64,000 bases of DNA from Eledone cirrhosa (GCA_964016885.1 OZ024751.1:44206001-44270000), one strand, 5' to 3'. Shown: positions 1 to 14,120, counted from the first letter of the stretch. The notes: generated from the letters alone by a model not told the origin. Translations and numbers: made by a program.

Positions 1-940
1 TATATATATGTGTGTATGTATGTGCGTGTGTTTGTATGTATATGATGTATGTATGTATATATGTATGTGTGTGTGTATGTATTTATATAATGTATGTATG
101 TATGTATATATATATGTGTGTATGTATGTGCGTGTGTATGTATGTATATGATGTATGTATGTATATATATATGTATATATGTATATATGTATGTATGTGT
201 GTGTATATGTATTTATATGATGTATGTATGTATGTATATATGTATATATGTATGTATGTGTGTGTGTATCTATTTATATAATGTATGTATATGTATGTAT
301 ATATGTATATATGTATGTGTGTGTGTATCTATTTATATGATGTATGTATGTATATATGTATATATGTATGTATGTGTGTGTGTGTGTGTATATGTATTTA
401 TATGATGTATGTATGTATATATGTATATATGTATGTATGTATGTGTGTATCTATTTATATGATGTATGTATGTATATATGTATATATGTATGTATGTATG
501 TGTGTGTGTATGTATTTATATGATCTATGTATGTATATATGTATATCTGTATGTATGTGTGTGTGTATGTATTTATATGATGTATGTATGTATGTGTGTG
601 TGTATGTATTTATATGATGTATGTGTGTATGTATGTATGTATATATGTATGTATGTGTGTATGTATGTATGTATTTATATGATGTATGTGTGTATGTATG
701 TATGTATATATGTATGTATGTGTGTTTATGTATGTATATATGACGTATGTGTGTATGTATGTATGTATATATGTATGTATGTGTGTGTGTATGTATGTAT
801 GTATATATGATGTATGTATGTATGTATGTATATATGTATGTATGTGTGTATGTATGTATGTATATATGATGTATGTGTGTACGTATATATGATGTATGTG
901 TGTATGTATGTGTGTGTATATATGTATGTATGTGTGTGTA
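1..940. repeat. Compound (TATG)/(TG)/(TA) microsatellite
   Basis: Direct inspection. Similar fields occur at 29070-29700, 32780-33440, 51430-52095, 52403-52950 and elsewhere. Confidence 0.9.
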
Positions 941-1084
941 GGTGTTGGAATAGTGGCTTAAATTGTGTTGAAAACTTAATTTATCTATTAGAAAAACATC
1001 ATCAAGTTATTAAGATGATGATTGTATCAGGTGATGGGTTGTAATGGTGTGAGGGTGGGGGCTGTTAAGAACTGTGACGGTAAT

Positions 1085-1122
<38 letters not shown>

Positions 1123-1263
1123 AGATAGAGAGAGAGAGAGGGGTGAGAAAGGGAGAGAGGAAGAGGGGGGAGAGAGAGAGAGAGAAGCAGGAATTGAGTG
1201 TGAGTGTAATATATATATATGTTATATATATGTGTGTGAGTGTTGGATGAGAGAAGGATATAT

Positions 1264-1512
1264 AAACAAAATGGCGTAGGACAGAACAAAGGAGAGGCAC
1301 AAAAACAAAGAAAAGAATCCCCAGTCACTGAAGAGGTCACAGAATGTGTGACGAAAGAACTTTGACAATATATAAACAACCATCTGGTTGTGGAACCAAC
1401 CAACCAACCAGAAATTTATAAATTCCTAAATTTATAAATTTATTATAATAAATTGAAGTGAAAGCAACTGGTGCGTGTGTTTCTTATTGGCAACATGACC
1501 CTCCCAAAGTAT

Positions 1513-1517
<5 letters not shown>
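1264..1517 (+). mobile_element. Hammerhead-containing dispersed repeat (Penelope-like terminal repeat remnant), copy 1
   Basis: Near-identical inverted copy at 63498-63755; both end in (TA)n. Confidence 0.7.
1324..1366 (+). ncRNA. Minimal type I hammerhead motif within a dispersed repeat
   Basis: Stem I GTCA/TGAC; CTGAAGA plus one extra G; stem II GTCACA-GAATG-TGTGAC; GAAA; minimal stem III AG-AA-CT; CUU triplet. Confidence 0.65.
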
Positions 1518-1594
<77 letters not shown>

Positions 1595-1642
1595 ATATAT
1601 ACATGTATATATATGTATATATATATATATATGTATATATAT

Positions 1643-1792
<150 letters not shown>

Positions 1793-1896
1793 GTATGTAT
1801 ATATATATACATATATACATGAGTGTGTGTATGCGTCTTTACATGTATGAATTTGTATGAATGTATATCTATATATATATATATATATATACATTT

Positions 1897-1964
<68 letters not shown>

Positions 1965-2530
1965 TTTTGAAAGCAGAGAAGAATCGATCGACGAGAAAGG
2001 CTCTCAGTAGGAAATATACACAACACTGTAGCCGCTCCTTCCGTGACCAGACTGCCTGAATATTACAATATCTTGTCCACAATTTTGTGGGTGAAATATT
2101 GACGGGACAAGGAGAAGCGTCCAGTGTTGACGTCTCCAGAGAGCACATTATTATGGCTGAAGTAGAACAACAACAAATTAGGTTTACTGACCAGTGCTTT
2201 CAAAGAGTTCTCATCGAGGAGAGTTCCAACCAGAGAGTTCCTAACTATCCGACCGAGCAAAGTGTTTCTATCGATAGCTTCTATGCAAATGAGTTCCATC
2301 GAAAAATTCCTACCAGAGATATACTCTCAGAGAGTTCTCATTGTGAGAGTTCGCATTGGATGGAAAGTCCCCAACGATACCTCACATCAGAGAGTTCCAA
2401 TCAAAGAGTTCCTATCCAAGCGCATTCCCATTGGAGGATTCCTACCAGAGTTCCCCCTCCCCCCACATATATATATGTATGTATGTATGTGTATATATAT
2501 ATATATATACATATGTATATATATATATAT

Positions 2531-2597
<67 letters not shown>

Positions 2598-2599
<2 letters not shown>

Positions 2600-2790
2600 G
2601 GAAGAAGTATGACCCCGACGGCAGTGCTCAAGCCGTTTCGACGGCTATTTCTGGGTCCAGAAATAGCCGTCGAAACGGCATGAGCTCTGCCGTCGGGGTC
2701 ATACTTTTTCCTATTACCCTCTCTACTACCCTAAGTATTGAGTACTCTGATGCGTTATGCCCCACCTGGTTCCTTACCACAACTCCTTCG
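2598..2790. mobile_element. Fold-back element family A (hairpin 2598-2713 plus ~77-bp tail)
   Basis: TAGGAAGAAGTATGACCCCGACGGCAG...CTGCCGTCGGGGTCATACTTTTTCCTA inverted repeat, then a tail ending CCTTCG; (TA)n on both sides. Confidence 0.8.
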
Positions 2791-2791
2791 T

Positions 2792-2842
<51 letters not shown>

Positions 2843-2884
2843 ATATATATATATATATATACACATATATATATATATATATGT

Positions 2885-2949
<65 letters not shown>

Positions 2950-3341
2950 TCTCTCTCTCTATGCATGTGTGTGCATGTATGATGTAAGTGTGTGTATCTA
3001 CACAGGTTATACTAAATTCCACGGATCGATCACATGACCTTCTTATTGGTATTCATAGTCTTTTTGTCAAAGAAGTCTCTAATAACATTTTCTCTCAGTC
3101 GCCACCACCACCACCACCACCAACACCACCACCACCACCACCACCACCACCTGCTGCTTCTCCCCCTCCCTACATCTATCTATTGGCCAGGGGTGGTGGG
3201 GATGATCCCTTTATTATCTCACACGGCAAGATACGAACGTAATTTGCCGGTCAAATTTTGCTATCATACCTGACAATTGTTCAGCTTCAATGAGGCGGCC
3301 ATGATGGTGACACACTGGCAGAACGTGACTTCTTCGTAGTG

Positions 3342-3432
<91 letters not shown>

Positions 3433-3536
3433 GTTGCTGCTGCTGCTGTTGTTGTTGCTGCTACCACTATTAGCACCGCCACCACCATTGACACTACTAC
3501 TACTACTACTACTACTACCACCGCCACCACCATTGA

Positions 3537-3591
<55 letters not shown>

Positions 3592-3859
3592 GCAACAGGA
3601 CAACAAAAACAACAACAATGACAGCAACACCAACAATATCAACAACAATAATAACAACAACACCAGACTCTCACACAAAACAACAATGAGCAGCAACAGA
3701 CATACAGAGAAGGACAAGAAGAAACATATGGCGGAAACTATACAATAGAAACAACAACAACAACAACAGCAACAGCAACAGCAACAATAACAAAAACAAC
3801 AACAGGAAAGATGGTGGAAAATATACAAAAGGAACAATAACAACAGCACCAACAACGGC

Positions 3860-4883
3860 AACAACTAAGACAACAAAGACAACAACATATATAATAAGAA
3901 CAAGAGTTACAACAACAACAACAACAACTATTAAGATGGCGGAACATACAATAAGAACAACAATAATAACAACAACAACAAAGACAACAACATATACAAT
4001 AAGAACAAGAATTACAACAACAACAAGAACTACTACTATTAAGATGGCGGAACACACAATAAGAACAACAATAATAACAACAACAACAAAGACAACAACA
4101 TATACAATAAGAACAAGAATTACAACAACAACAACAACAACTATTAAGATGGCGGAACATACAATAAGAACAACAATAATAACAACAACAACAAAAACAA
4201 CAACATATACAATAAAAACAAGAATTACAACAACAACAACAACTATTAAGATGGCGGAACATACAATAAGAACAACAATAATAACAACAACAACAAATAC
4301 AACAACATATACAATAAGAACAAGAATTACAACAACAACAACAACAACAACAACTATTAAGATGGCGGAACATACAATAAGAACAACAATAATAACAACA
4401 ACAACAAATACAACAACATATACAATAAGAACAATAATTACAACAACAACAACAACAACAACAACTACTATTAAGATGGCGGAACATACAATAAGAACAA
4501 CAATAATAACAACAACAACAAATACAACAACATATACAATAAGAACAAGAATTACAACAACAACAACAACAACAACAACTATTAAGATGGCGGAACATAC
4601 AATAAGAACAACAATAATAACAACAACAACAAATACAACAACATATACAATAAGAACAATAATTACAACAACAACAACAACAACAACAACTACTATTAAG
4701 ATGGCGGAACATACAATAAGAACAACAATAATAACAACAACAACAAATACAACGACATATACAATAAAAACAAGAATTACAACAACAACAACAACTATTA
4801 AGATGGCGGAACACACAATAAGAACAACAATAACAACAACAACAACAACAAATACAACAACATATACAATAAGAACAAGAATT

Positions 4884-4917
<34 letters not shown>

Positions 4918-4985
4918 CTATTAAGATGGCGGAACATACAATAAGAACAACAACAATAATAACAACAACAACGACAACATATACA
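3860..4985. repeat. About 105-120-bp (ACA)n-based minisatellite, about 10 units
   Basis: Each unit carries ATTAAGATGGCGGAACAYACAATAAGAAC. Confidence 0.92.
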
Positions 4986-5223
4986 AAAGGAACAACAATA
5001 ATAGCAACAGCAACAACATCAGCAACAACAACAACAGGTACAATAGCAACTAGAATAACAACAACAACAATATCGAAGATGTGGAAAGAATCCCAAAGAC
5101 AAATAATAATAATAATATTAATAATAATAATAATATTAATATTTTATTGAAAAATATCACAAAAAAAAATAAAGACACGGAATTATATTAAGAAAGGGAA
5201 AATAAAATACGTATTTATAATGA

Positions 5224-5273
<50 letters not shown>

Positions 5274-5497
5274 CATATATACATACAGATATATATATAT
5301 ACATATATATACATATATGTGTGTGTGTATGTGTGTATCTACGTATGTGTGTTGTTATGTATGTATTTATGTAAATATATGTATGTATATATGTGTATTT
5401 ACATATACATATATATATATATATATGTGTGTGTGTGTATGTATATATATATATATATATATATGTATATGTATATGTATATGTATGTGTATGTATG

Positions 5498-5539
<42 letters not shown>

Positions 5540-5554
5540 TATATATATATAAAT

Positions 5555-5674
<120 letters not shown>

Positions 5675-5782
5675 CATACACGTGCGTGTGCGAGCGTCTA
5701 AATATGTAAATTAATAAATATATCAATATCGATAAATAAATAAATAAAGTGTTCAATAAAAGTTAAAGACAACTAATAGGAA

Positions 5783-7290
5783 GTGGTGGTGGTGGTGATA
5801 GTGGTGGTGGTGGTGGAGGTGGTGGTGGAGGTGGTGGTAATGGTGGTGGTGGAGGTGGTGGTGGTGGTGATGACGGTGGTGGTGGTAGTGGTGATGGTGG
5901 TGGTGGTAGTGGTGGTGGAGGTGGTGGTGATGGCTGTGGTGGTGGTGGTGATAGTGGTGGTGGTGGTGATAGTGATAGTGGTGGTGGTGGTGATAGTCGT
6001 GGTGGTGGTGGTGGTGGTGGTGGTGGTGATTGTGGAGATGTGATGGTGGTGGTGGGGAGGTTATTATCAACTTGATATTCCATCCATGTCGAGAGAGGTG
6101 CCCCCCACCCCCTCCGCGATATTGGTATTCCGCTCCTATCATCTCCATTAAATGGTAATAAAGACTGTGTTGTATAGCTGAACATTGGAATAGATCTGGT
6201 GGTGGTGGTGGTGGTGGTGGTGGTGGTGGTGGTGGTGGTGGTGGTGGTGGTGGTGGTGGTGGTGGTGAAGTTGGTGGTGGTGCTGGTGGGGATGGTGGTG
6301 GTGGTGGTAGTGGTGGTGGTGGTGGTGGTGGTGGTAGTGGTGGTGGTGGTGGTAGTGGTGGTGGTGGTGATGGTGGTGGTGGTGGTGAAGTTGGTGGTGG
6401 TGCTGGTGGTGGTGGTGAAGTTGGTGGTGGTGGTGGTGGTGGTGGTGGTGGTGGTGAAGGTGGTGGTGCTGGTGGTGGTGGTGGTGAAGTTGGTGGTGGT
6501 GCTGGTGGTGGTGGTGGTGAAGTTGGTGGTGGTGGTGGTGGTGGTGGTGGTGAAGGTGGTGGTGGTGGTGCTGGTGGTGGTGGTGGTGAAGTTGGTGGTG
6601 GTGCTGGTGGTGGTGGTGGTGAAGTTGGTGGTGGTTGTGGTGGTGGTGGTGGTGGTGAAGGTGGTGGTGTTGCTGGTGGTGGTGGTGGTGAAGTTGGTGA
6701 TGGTGGTGGTGGTGGTGAAGTTGGTGGTGGTGCTGGTGGTGGTGGTGAAGTTGGTGGTGGTGGTGGTGGTGGTGGTGGTGGTGGTGAAGGTGGTGGTGCT
6801 GGTGGTGGTGGTGGTGAAGTTGGTGGTGGTGCTGGTGGTGGTGGTGGTGAAGTTGGTGGTGGTGGTGGTGGTGGTGGTGGTGAAGGTGGTGGTGGTGGTG
6901 CTGGTGGTGGTGGTGGTGAAGTTGGTGGTGGTGCTGGTGGTGGTGGTGGTGAAGTTGGTGGTGGTTGTGGTGGTGGTGGTGGTGGTGAAGGTGGTGGTGT
7001 TGCTGGTGGTGGTGGTGGTGAAGTTGGTGATGGTGGTGGTGGTGGTGGTGGTGGTGGTTCTGGTGGTGGTGGTTCTGGTGGTGTGAAGGTGGTGGTGATG
7101 GTGGTGGCGGTGGTGCTGGTGGTGGTGAAGGTGGTGGTGGTGGTGGTGGTGATGGTGGTGGCGGTGGTGCTGGTGGTGGTGAAGGTGGTGGTGGTGGGGA
7201 TGGTCGTGGTGGTGGTGGTGGTGGTGAAGGTGGTGCTGCTGGTGGTGGTAGTGGTGATGGTGGCGGTGGTGGTGGTAATTGTGATAATGG
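5783..7290. repeat. (GGT)n-derived repeat with higher-order duplication
   Basis: GGT triplets with recurring GAAGTT and GCT variants; a unique island at about 6050-6197. Confidence 0.9.
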
Positions 7291-7335
7291 TGATGAGGGT
7301 TGTTGTGGTTACCACTTATATACAACTCTCTCTCC

Positions 7336-7419
<84 letters not shown>

Positions 7420-7442
7420 GGAGACACTCACACACATGTCTA

Positions 7443-7502
<60 letters not shown>

Positions 7503-7525
7503 GGAGACACTCACACACATGTCTA

Positions 7526-7581
<56 letters not shown>

Positions 7582-7673
7582 GGAGACACTCACACACATA
7601 AACATGTATATATTTATATCATTTTTCAGCTTTTCTCTTCTTTCTGTCTCCTCTTTCTACAACAACAACAACA

Positions 7674-7719
<46 letters not shown>

Positions 7720-7720
7720 T

Positions 7721-7785
<65 letters not shown>

Positions 7786-7786
7786 T

Positions 7787-7823
<37 letters not shown>

Positions 7824-7836
7824 GCTGCTACTGCTG

Positions 7837-7893
<57 letters not shown>

Positions 7894-8688
7894 CACCACC
7901 TCTCTCTGTCTTTTCTTTTTTCTCTCTTGCTATCTATCTCAACTTTTTCTACATTCTCCCTCCCTCCCCGACCCCACTCCCATCTCACCCCACACCTTCT
8001 CTTTCCCTCCCTCCCCGAGTCTACTCCCACCTCACCCCACACCTTCTCCTTCCCTCCCTCCCCGAGTCTACTCCCACCTCACCCCACACCTTCTCCCCGA
8101 GTCTACTCCCACCTCACCCCACACCTTTCTCTACATTTACAATATTTCAAAATTTATCTCACATAAATACACAAAATATAATTCATCTTTCTCAATTATT
8201 ACGGCAAACCTGGCTAGTGATTTGGTGGTGGTGGGGGCTCTCTTTCCTTTTACTGGGGTGGTAGTGGTAGTTGTATTAGGTGTAGTAATGGGATTTGGAG
8301 GTGAGACAGGAGTGTTAGTGGCAGTAAGAGTAGTAATGGAGGTGTGGTGGGAGTTCTAGTGCAGGTGTGTGTTTGTGTGTGTGTGTGTTTATGGGGGAGT
8401 GGTATTGGTCGTGGAGTTGAGACTTGGGCCGGGATTTGCTAGAAAAGATTCATTGGATTAACAGACGGGGGTTAGCTTTAAGTTAAAGAGGACTAAATCG
8501 AAATCAAGGGAGTCTTGGTTGCTGGAAAGTTGTTTGCATCTTTCCCAGCTCGGAAACATTACAGGAATCGGAATAACGAATTAGTTCAGCGGGAAATGTG
8601 TGAAGTAAAAAAAACATATTTGAAATAGAAATACACAGCTCACATTTATGAAGGTTTAGTTGGACTTCTCAGCAGATAGAACGAAGGA

Positions 8689-8820
8689 AAGAATGCTTTT
8701 CAGTATTAGTTCTAGCTTTCTGATCTCTGAGTTCAAATCCCACCGAGGTCAGCTTTGACTTACATCTTTTCAATATCGATAAAACAAGTGCCAGTACCAG
8801 TCCAGTACTGGGGTCAATTC
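8689..8820 (+). mobile_element. Second-family SINE fragment
   Basis: CTGAGTTCAAATCCCACCGAGGTCAGCTTTG...CAGTACTGGGGTCAATT. Confidence 0.65.
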
Positions 8821-8997
8821 AACTTTTACATCTCTCTCTTTCTCATCCCTCCTCTCACTCTTCTTTCTTTTCTGGTATATTAACACTTGACTGCCATTCT
8901 TGATTATGCTCAGTCAATCGTTGAGATCGACATATCTATAAAAATATAATCAAATCTTAACCGTTTATGTGTTATATTATATTATATTATATCATAT

Positions 8998-9073
<76 letters not shown>

Positions 9074-10119
9074 TGTGTATATATATCAATTTGTAATATA
9101 TGTAGCGTTAATTGAAATGTCTCGTAATGTTCCTTAATATTCTAATAAATCATTTTAAAATTGTAATTGAAAATTGAAGAAAAAAACATTTTCTATCATT
9201 GCTAATTCTTCTTCCTAATTGTAATATATATTTCTCATTAAAAATATACAATTCTAATTATAATATATAATTGTAATTATAATATATTATTGTAATTAAA
9301 ATATATAATTGTAATTGTAATGTATAATTTTAATTGCTATTTTTCATAATTACTTATTCCTGACTAATTACTTACATTAAAATCCAACAAGAGATAACAG
9401 TAAATATACATGATTAATTTTAAATAGACGATTAATCAATTTGTTATTATGTTTAGATCGATTCACATAAATATTTAACACTATTTACGTTAGAAGGACT
9501 TGAGTACCTGAGAGACCCACCCCACTACATCCCACAATACCACCCTCGCACATTGTTAAGGATGAGCTTTAAATCATCAAAATGAAGCTCTCCAGTGTCG
9601 AGAAGAGAGAAAGCGGTTGACGTGTTCCGGTTTAGCAAAGTGTTCGAGTGTTGAGGATATTGAAGCTAGAATTGTTTCACCGCCTTGCTAAGCTTCTATT
9701 TCTCTCGCAAGAGCCTAGATCTCCTCGTGGAAAGTACCTCTCCAATGCGAAGGACTGAGTAAAGTCTTTTGTGAAAACAATTTGTCGCTTTTGTCCGAAA
9801 GAAAGACAAAAACAAAGACCAATACAGCTTGGCCTTAGTAACGTCCATGGTGGTTGGAATATGCAGAGAAGTATTATACCCGGCGTTCAAACAGTTCCGC
9901 CAGTCAACCACCCAGGAATGGTAATTTATTTAGCGACCCTATGACAAAGAAAGACAAAGCTGGGGCCTCAGCAGAACCTGACTTCATAGCGTTGATAGAC
10001 GGAATATATATCGCTAGGAATTTAATTCATTAATACTTCCGTCGTTACCATCATCAGCATCATCATTAGTACTAAGATTGTTGTCATCACCAATATCACT
10101 AACACCATAAAACACAGTC

Positions 10120-10716
<597 letters not shown>

Positions 10717-10931
10717 GGGAACTACTACATGCAATCCATTGTCAGCCAGCCCGGCACACCTCGTCACACCCCCGTCACACCCCCGTCACATCCCTGACAC
10801 ACCCCCGTCACATCCCTGACACACCCCATCACACCCACGCCCTATGCCACCCTGCTGCTCTTGCTCCGCCGATGAATTCAATTTGTCATGAAAATCAACA
10901 GAAAACACTGCCACATTAAATTCACCAAACA

Positions 10932-10945
10932 CCGCCAGAGGGCGC
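10932..10945 (+). promoter_or_regulatory. CTCF-like motif
   Basis: CCGCCAGAGGGCGC. Confidence 0.4.
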
Positions 10946-11058
10946 AACTGTTTCGAAATATCTTCATTACACACAACAGCAAACAAATACAAACACAAAC
11001 ACTGTACACACACATATACCCTGAAAAGTGTATTTGTGTGTGTCTATACACATATACA

Positions 11059-11119
<61 letters not shown>

Positions 11120-11208
11120 AAAAGGGGTGAATTAATATACACATGAATACAGAGACGTATAGAAAAAAATCAAAAAAAATCATACAAATACACATATATA
11201 GACAGTCA

Positions 11209-11348
<140 letters not shown>

Positions 11349-11519
11349 CACACACACATACATACATACACCAAATACACACAACAATAACAACAATAGC
11401 AACAATAGCGGGTCAGTAAAGCTCATAATTCTTGACATTGGAATGAGTGCAATGTGTGTGTGTATGTATGTATGTATGTATGTATGTATGTATGTATGTA
11501 TGTATGTATATACATACAT

Positions 11520-14072
11520 AAAAATGTGAAGAGGACATTGGAAGAAGAGATGCAGGCTGCAGATCTTGGTGAGGATTGGCCGACCCTTAAAAAGTCGGTT
11601 TATGATGTAGGCAGACGTGTTCTGGGATTGGTGCAGAGAAAACATCAGGACTGGTTTAATGAGAAAGATGTGCATATAGATGACTTGTTGGCTGATAGGA
11701 GGCGCGCTCTGTCACGCTACTTGACGGCAAGACCACAGGAGAGGAATACGTTGCATGAGGAGCTCAGGGATGTAAAATCACGTGTTAGGCGGAGTCTTTC
11801 TCAGATGAAGGATCAGTGGTGGAGTGAGAAGGCTGGTGAGATACAAACTGCGTCTGATTGCAATAACACAAAGCTGTTGTACAGTCTCTTGCGTGAGGTT
11901 TATGGACCGTCTTCTTCTCTGGTGACACCGATTCGCAGCAGGGATGGCAAAGAACTTCTTCGTGACTCACAGGGAATTCTACGAAGGTGGCGGGAGCACT
12001 TTGATGATCTTTTGAATCAGCCGTCTGTCGTCAGTGAAGATTTCCTCAATCTCATTCCGGAAAGTCCTGTGAAAGTAGCTCTCGCAGAGCCTCCGACACT
12101 TGTGGAGGTTGCAGTGGCTATTTCGAAGCTGAACAGTGGAAGATCTCCAGGTATGGATGGCATACATGCTGAGCTCCTACAATATGGTGGTGAGAGACTC
12201 CTGCAACATCTTCACTCTCTGTTTGGAAGGATATGGGCTAATGAATCCGTGCCTGAGGACTGGAGAGATGCAGTAATGGTGGTCTTGTACAAGGGAAAGG
12301 GTAACAGGAATGATTGTGGGAACTACAGAGGTATATCATTGCTTTCTGTCGTGGGGAAAGTTTTATGTAGGGTGCTTCTGGACCGTCTGCTGACACACAT
12401 TGCAGATTGTGTCCTTCCTGAAAGTCAATCTGGTTTTCGTGTTGGACGCGGCACTACTGATATGATCTTCTCAGCTAGACAGCTCCAGGAGAAGTGCATT
12501 GAACAGGGCTTGGATCTGTATCAGGTTTTTGTCGATCTGACAAAGGCTTTCGATACTGTCAACGGAGATGCATTATGGAAGGTTCTCCAGAAACTTGGTT
12601 GCCCTGATAAGTTCCTTGCTTTAGTTAGGTCTTTCCATGACGACATGAAGGCTTGGGTTAATGTCGGAGGTAACATGTCGGAGCCTATCTCAGTAAAAAA
12701 TGGAGTGAAACAGGGGGATATTCCAGCACCGACCCTGTTTGCCATATACTTTGCAATGGTTTTCTGTATTGCATTCAGGAATTGCGGACATGGTGTTTAC
12801 ATCCGATATCGAACCTCAGGCAGCATATTTAACATCAGGCGCTTTGCTGCGAAGACAAAAGTATTTACATCAGTCATAAGAGACCTCTTGTATGCAGATG
12901 ATTGCGATCTTGTAGCGCACACAGAGAGTGATATGCAGCACATTTTGAATGTATTTTCTGACGCTTGCACTGCCCTGGGTTTGACTGTCAGTCTCAAGAA
13001 AACCGTCGTCATGTACCAACCTGCACCTGGTGGGCAGTACACTGAACCAAACATCTATGTGTATGGCAAACGACTTGGAGTGGTTGATCAGTTTGTCTAC
13101 CTGGGAAGCACTGTCAATCGATACGGCAACCTTGACAGTGAAATCTCACTTAGGATTAGGAAAGCAAGTGATGCTTTCGGAAAGCTAGAAAGGCGACTCT
13201 GGGGTCGGCGAGACATATGCAGGAGGACAAAGGTAAAGGTGTACAGGGCATGTGTACTCTCTTGTCTTCTTTATGCCTGCGAGACCTGGGTCACATATCG
13301 ACGCCACCTTAAGCAATTGGAGCGTTTCCATCAGATGTGTCTCAGACGGATACATGGCGTTCGCTGGAGGGACCACATCAGTGATGTCGAGATTTTGGAA
13401 AGCTCTATGTGTGACAGTATAGAAGCTCTTGTGCTTAAGCAGCGACTCCGTTGGAGTGGTCACCTTGCCAGGATGAAGGATTCTAGAATACCAAAACAAC
13501 TCTTCTATGGAGAGTTGGTTAAAGGAAAACGACCGCCACATAAACCAAAAAAGAGGTATAAGGATTCCTTGAAGGCCTCTCTGAAAGACGCTAACATCTC
13601 TGCTGATACATGGGAAAATATTGCTGCTGATCGTAATAAATGGAGAAAGACTGTATATGAGGGAAAAGTTGCCTTTGAGGCATCTCGAATCGCACACGAG
13701 AAAGTAAAGCGGGACGTGAGGAAGGGTATTGCTGTTGCACTTCCAGACGGCGAGGGTCCTCCTATGTTTCTGACATGCAGCGTCTGTGCGAGACTCTGCC
13801 TAAGCAAAGCTGGACTCGAAAGTCATCTTCGCAGTCATAAAGTAAGACCAGTGGTTGACTACCAGGCTGCTGTTGGAGATGCTACTCATCATGCTTGCCA
13901 AACATGTGGTAGAGAATGTAAATCAGCAGGAGGACTCAAGCGACATGCAAAAGTACACGAACTCCAACCACAGCCGACTATTCCCAGTAAATGTTTTGGT
14001 TGCCGACTCTGTGCAAGACATTTTGGATCATTGGCTGGGCTAAAAAGCCACATTCGATCGCAGCACTGTTAG
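11520..14072 (+). CDS. RTE-clade (BovB-like) LINE reverse transcriptase ORF, 5'-truncated (no APE domain), with three C-terminal C2H2 zinc fingers
   Basis: ORF 11454..14072; the first ~22 codons are microsatellite. Non-LTR RT motifs: GKGNRNDCGNYRGISLLSVVGK, QSGFRVGRGTTDMIF, FVDLTKAFDTV, GVKQGD, LLYADD, YLGS, LRWSGH. C-terminal fingers: CSVC..HLRSH, CQTC..HAKVH, CRLC..HIRSQH. Confidence 0.93.
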   Translation, partial: KNVKRTLEEEMQAADLGEDWPTLKKSVYDVGRRVLGLVQRKHQDWFNEKDVHIDDLLADRRRALSRYLTARPQERNTLHEELRDVKSRVRRSLSQMKDQWWSEKAGEIQTASDCNNTKLLYSLLREVYGPSSSLVTPIRSRDGKELLRDSQGILRRWREHFDDLLNQPSVVSEDFLNLIPESPVKVALAEPPTLVEVAVAISKLNSGRSPGMDGIHAELLQYGGERLLQHLHSLFGRIWANESVPEDWRDAVMVVLYKGKGNRNDCGNYRGISLLSVVGKVLCRVLLDRLLTHIADCVLPESQSGFRVGRGTTDMIFSARQLQEKCIEQGLDLYQVFVDLTKAFDTVNGDALWKVLQKLGCPDKFLALVRSFHDDMKAWVNVGGNMSEPISVKNGVKQGDIPAPTLFAIYFAMVFCIAFRNCGHGVYIRYRTSGSIFNIRRFAAKTKVFTSVIRDLLYADDCDLVAHTESDMQHILNVFSDACTALGLTVSLKKTVVMYQPAPGGQYTEPNIYVYGKRLGVVDQFVYLGSTVNRYGNLDSEISLRIRKASDAFGKLERRLWGRRDICRRTKVKVYRACVLSCLLYACETWVTYRRHLKQLERFHQMCLRRIHGVRWRDHISDVEILESSMCDSIEALVLKQRLRWSGHLARMKDSRIPKQLFYGELVKGKRPPHKPKKRYKDSLKASLKDANISADTWENIAADRNKWRKTVYEGKVAFEASRIAHEKVKRDVRKGIAVALPDGEGPPMFLTCSVCARLCLSKAGLESHLRSHKVRPVVDYQAAVGDATHHACQTCGRECKSAGGLKRHAKVHELQPQPTIPSKCFGCRLCARHFGSLAGLKSHIRSQHC

Positions 14073-14080
14073 TTGCTATC

Positions 14081-14120
<40 letters not shown>

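Noticed and set aside
3860-4985. CRISPR-like appearance of a regularly spaced conserved motif
   Set aside because: The spacers are near-identical (ACA)n sequence, the context is eukaryotic, and there are no cas genes.
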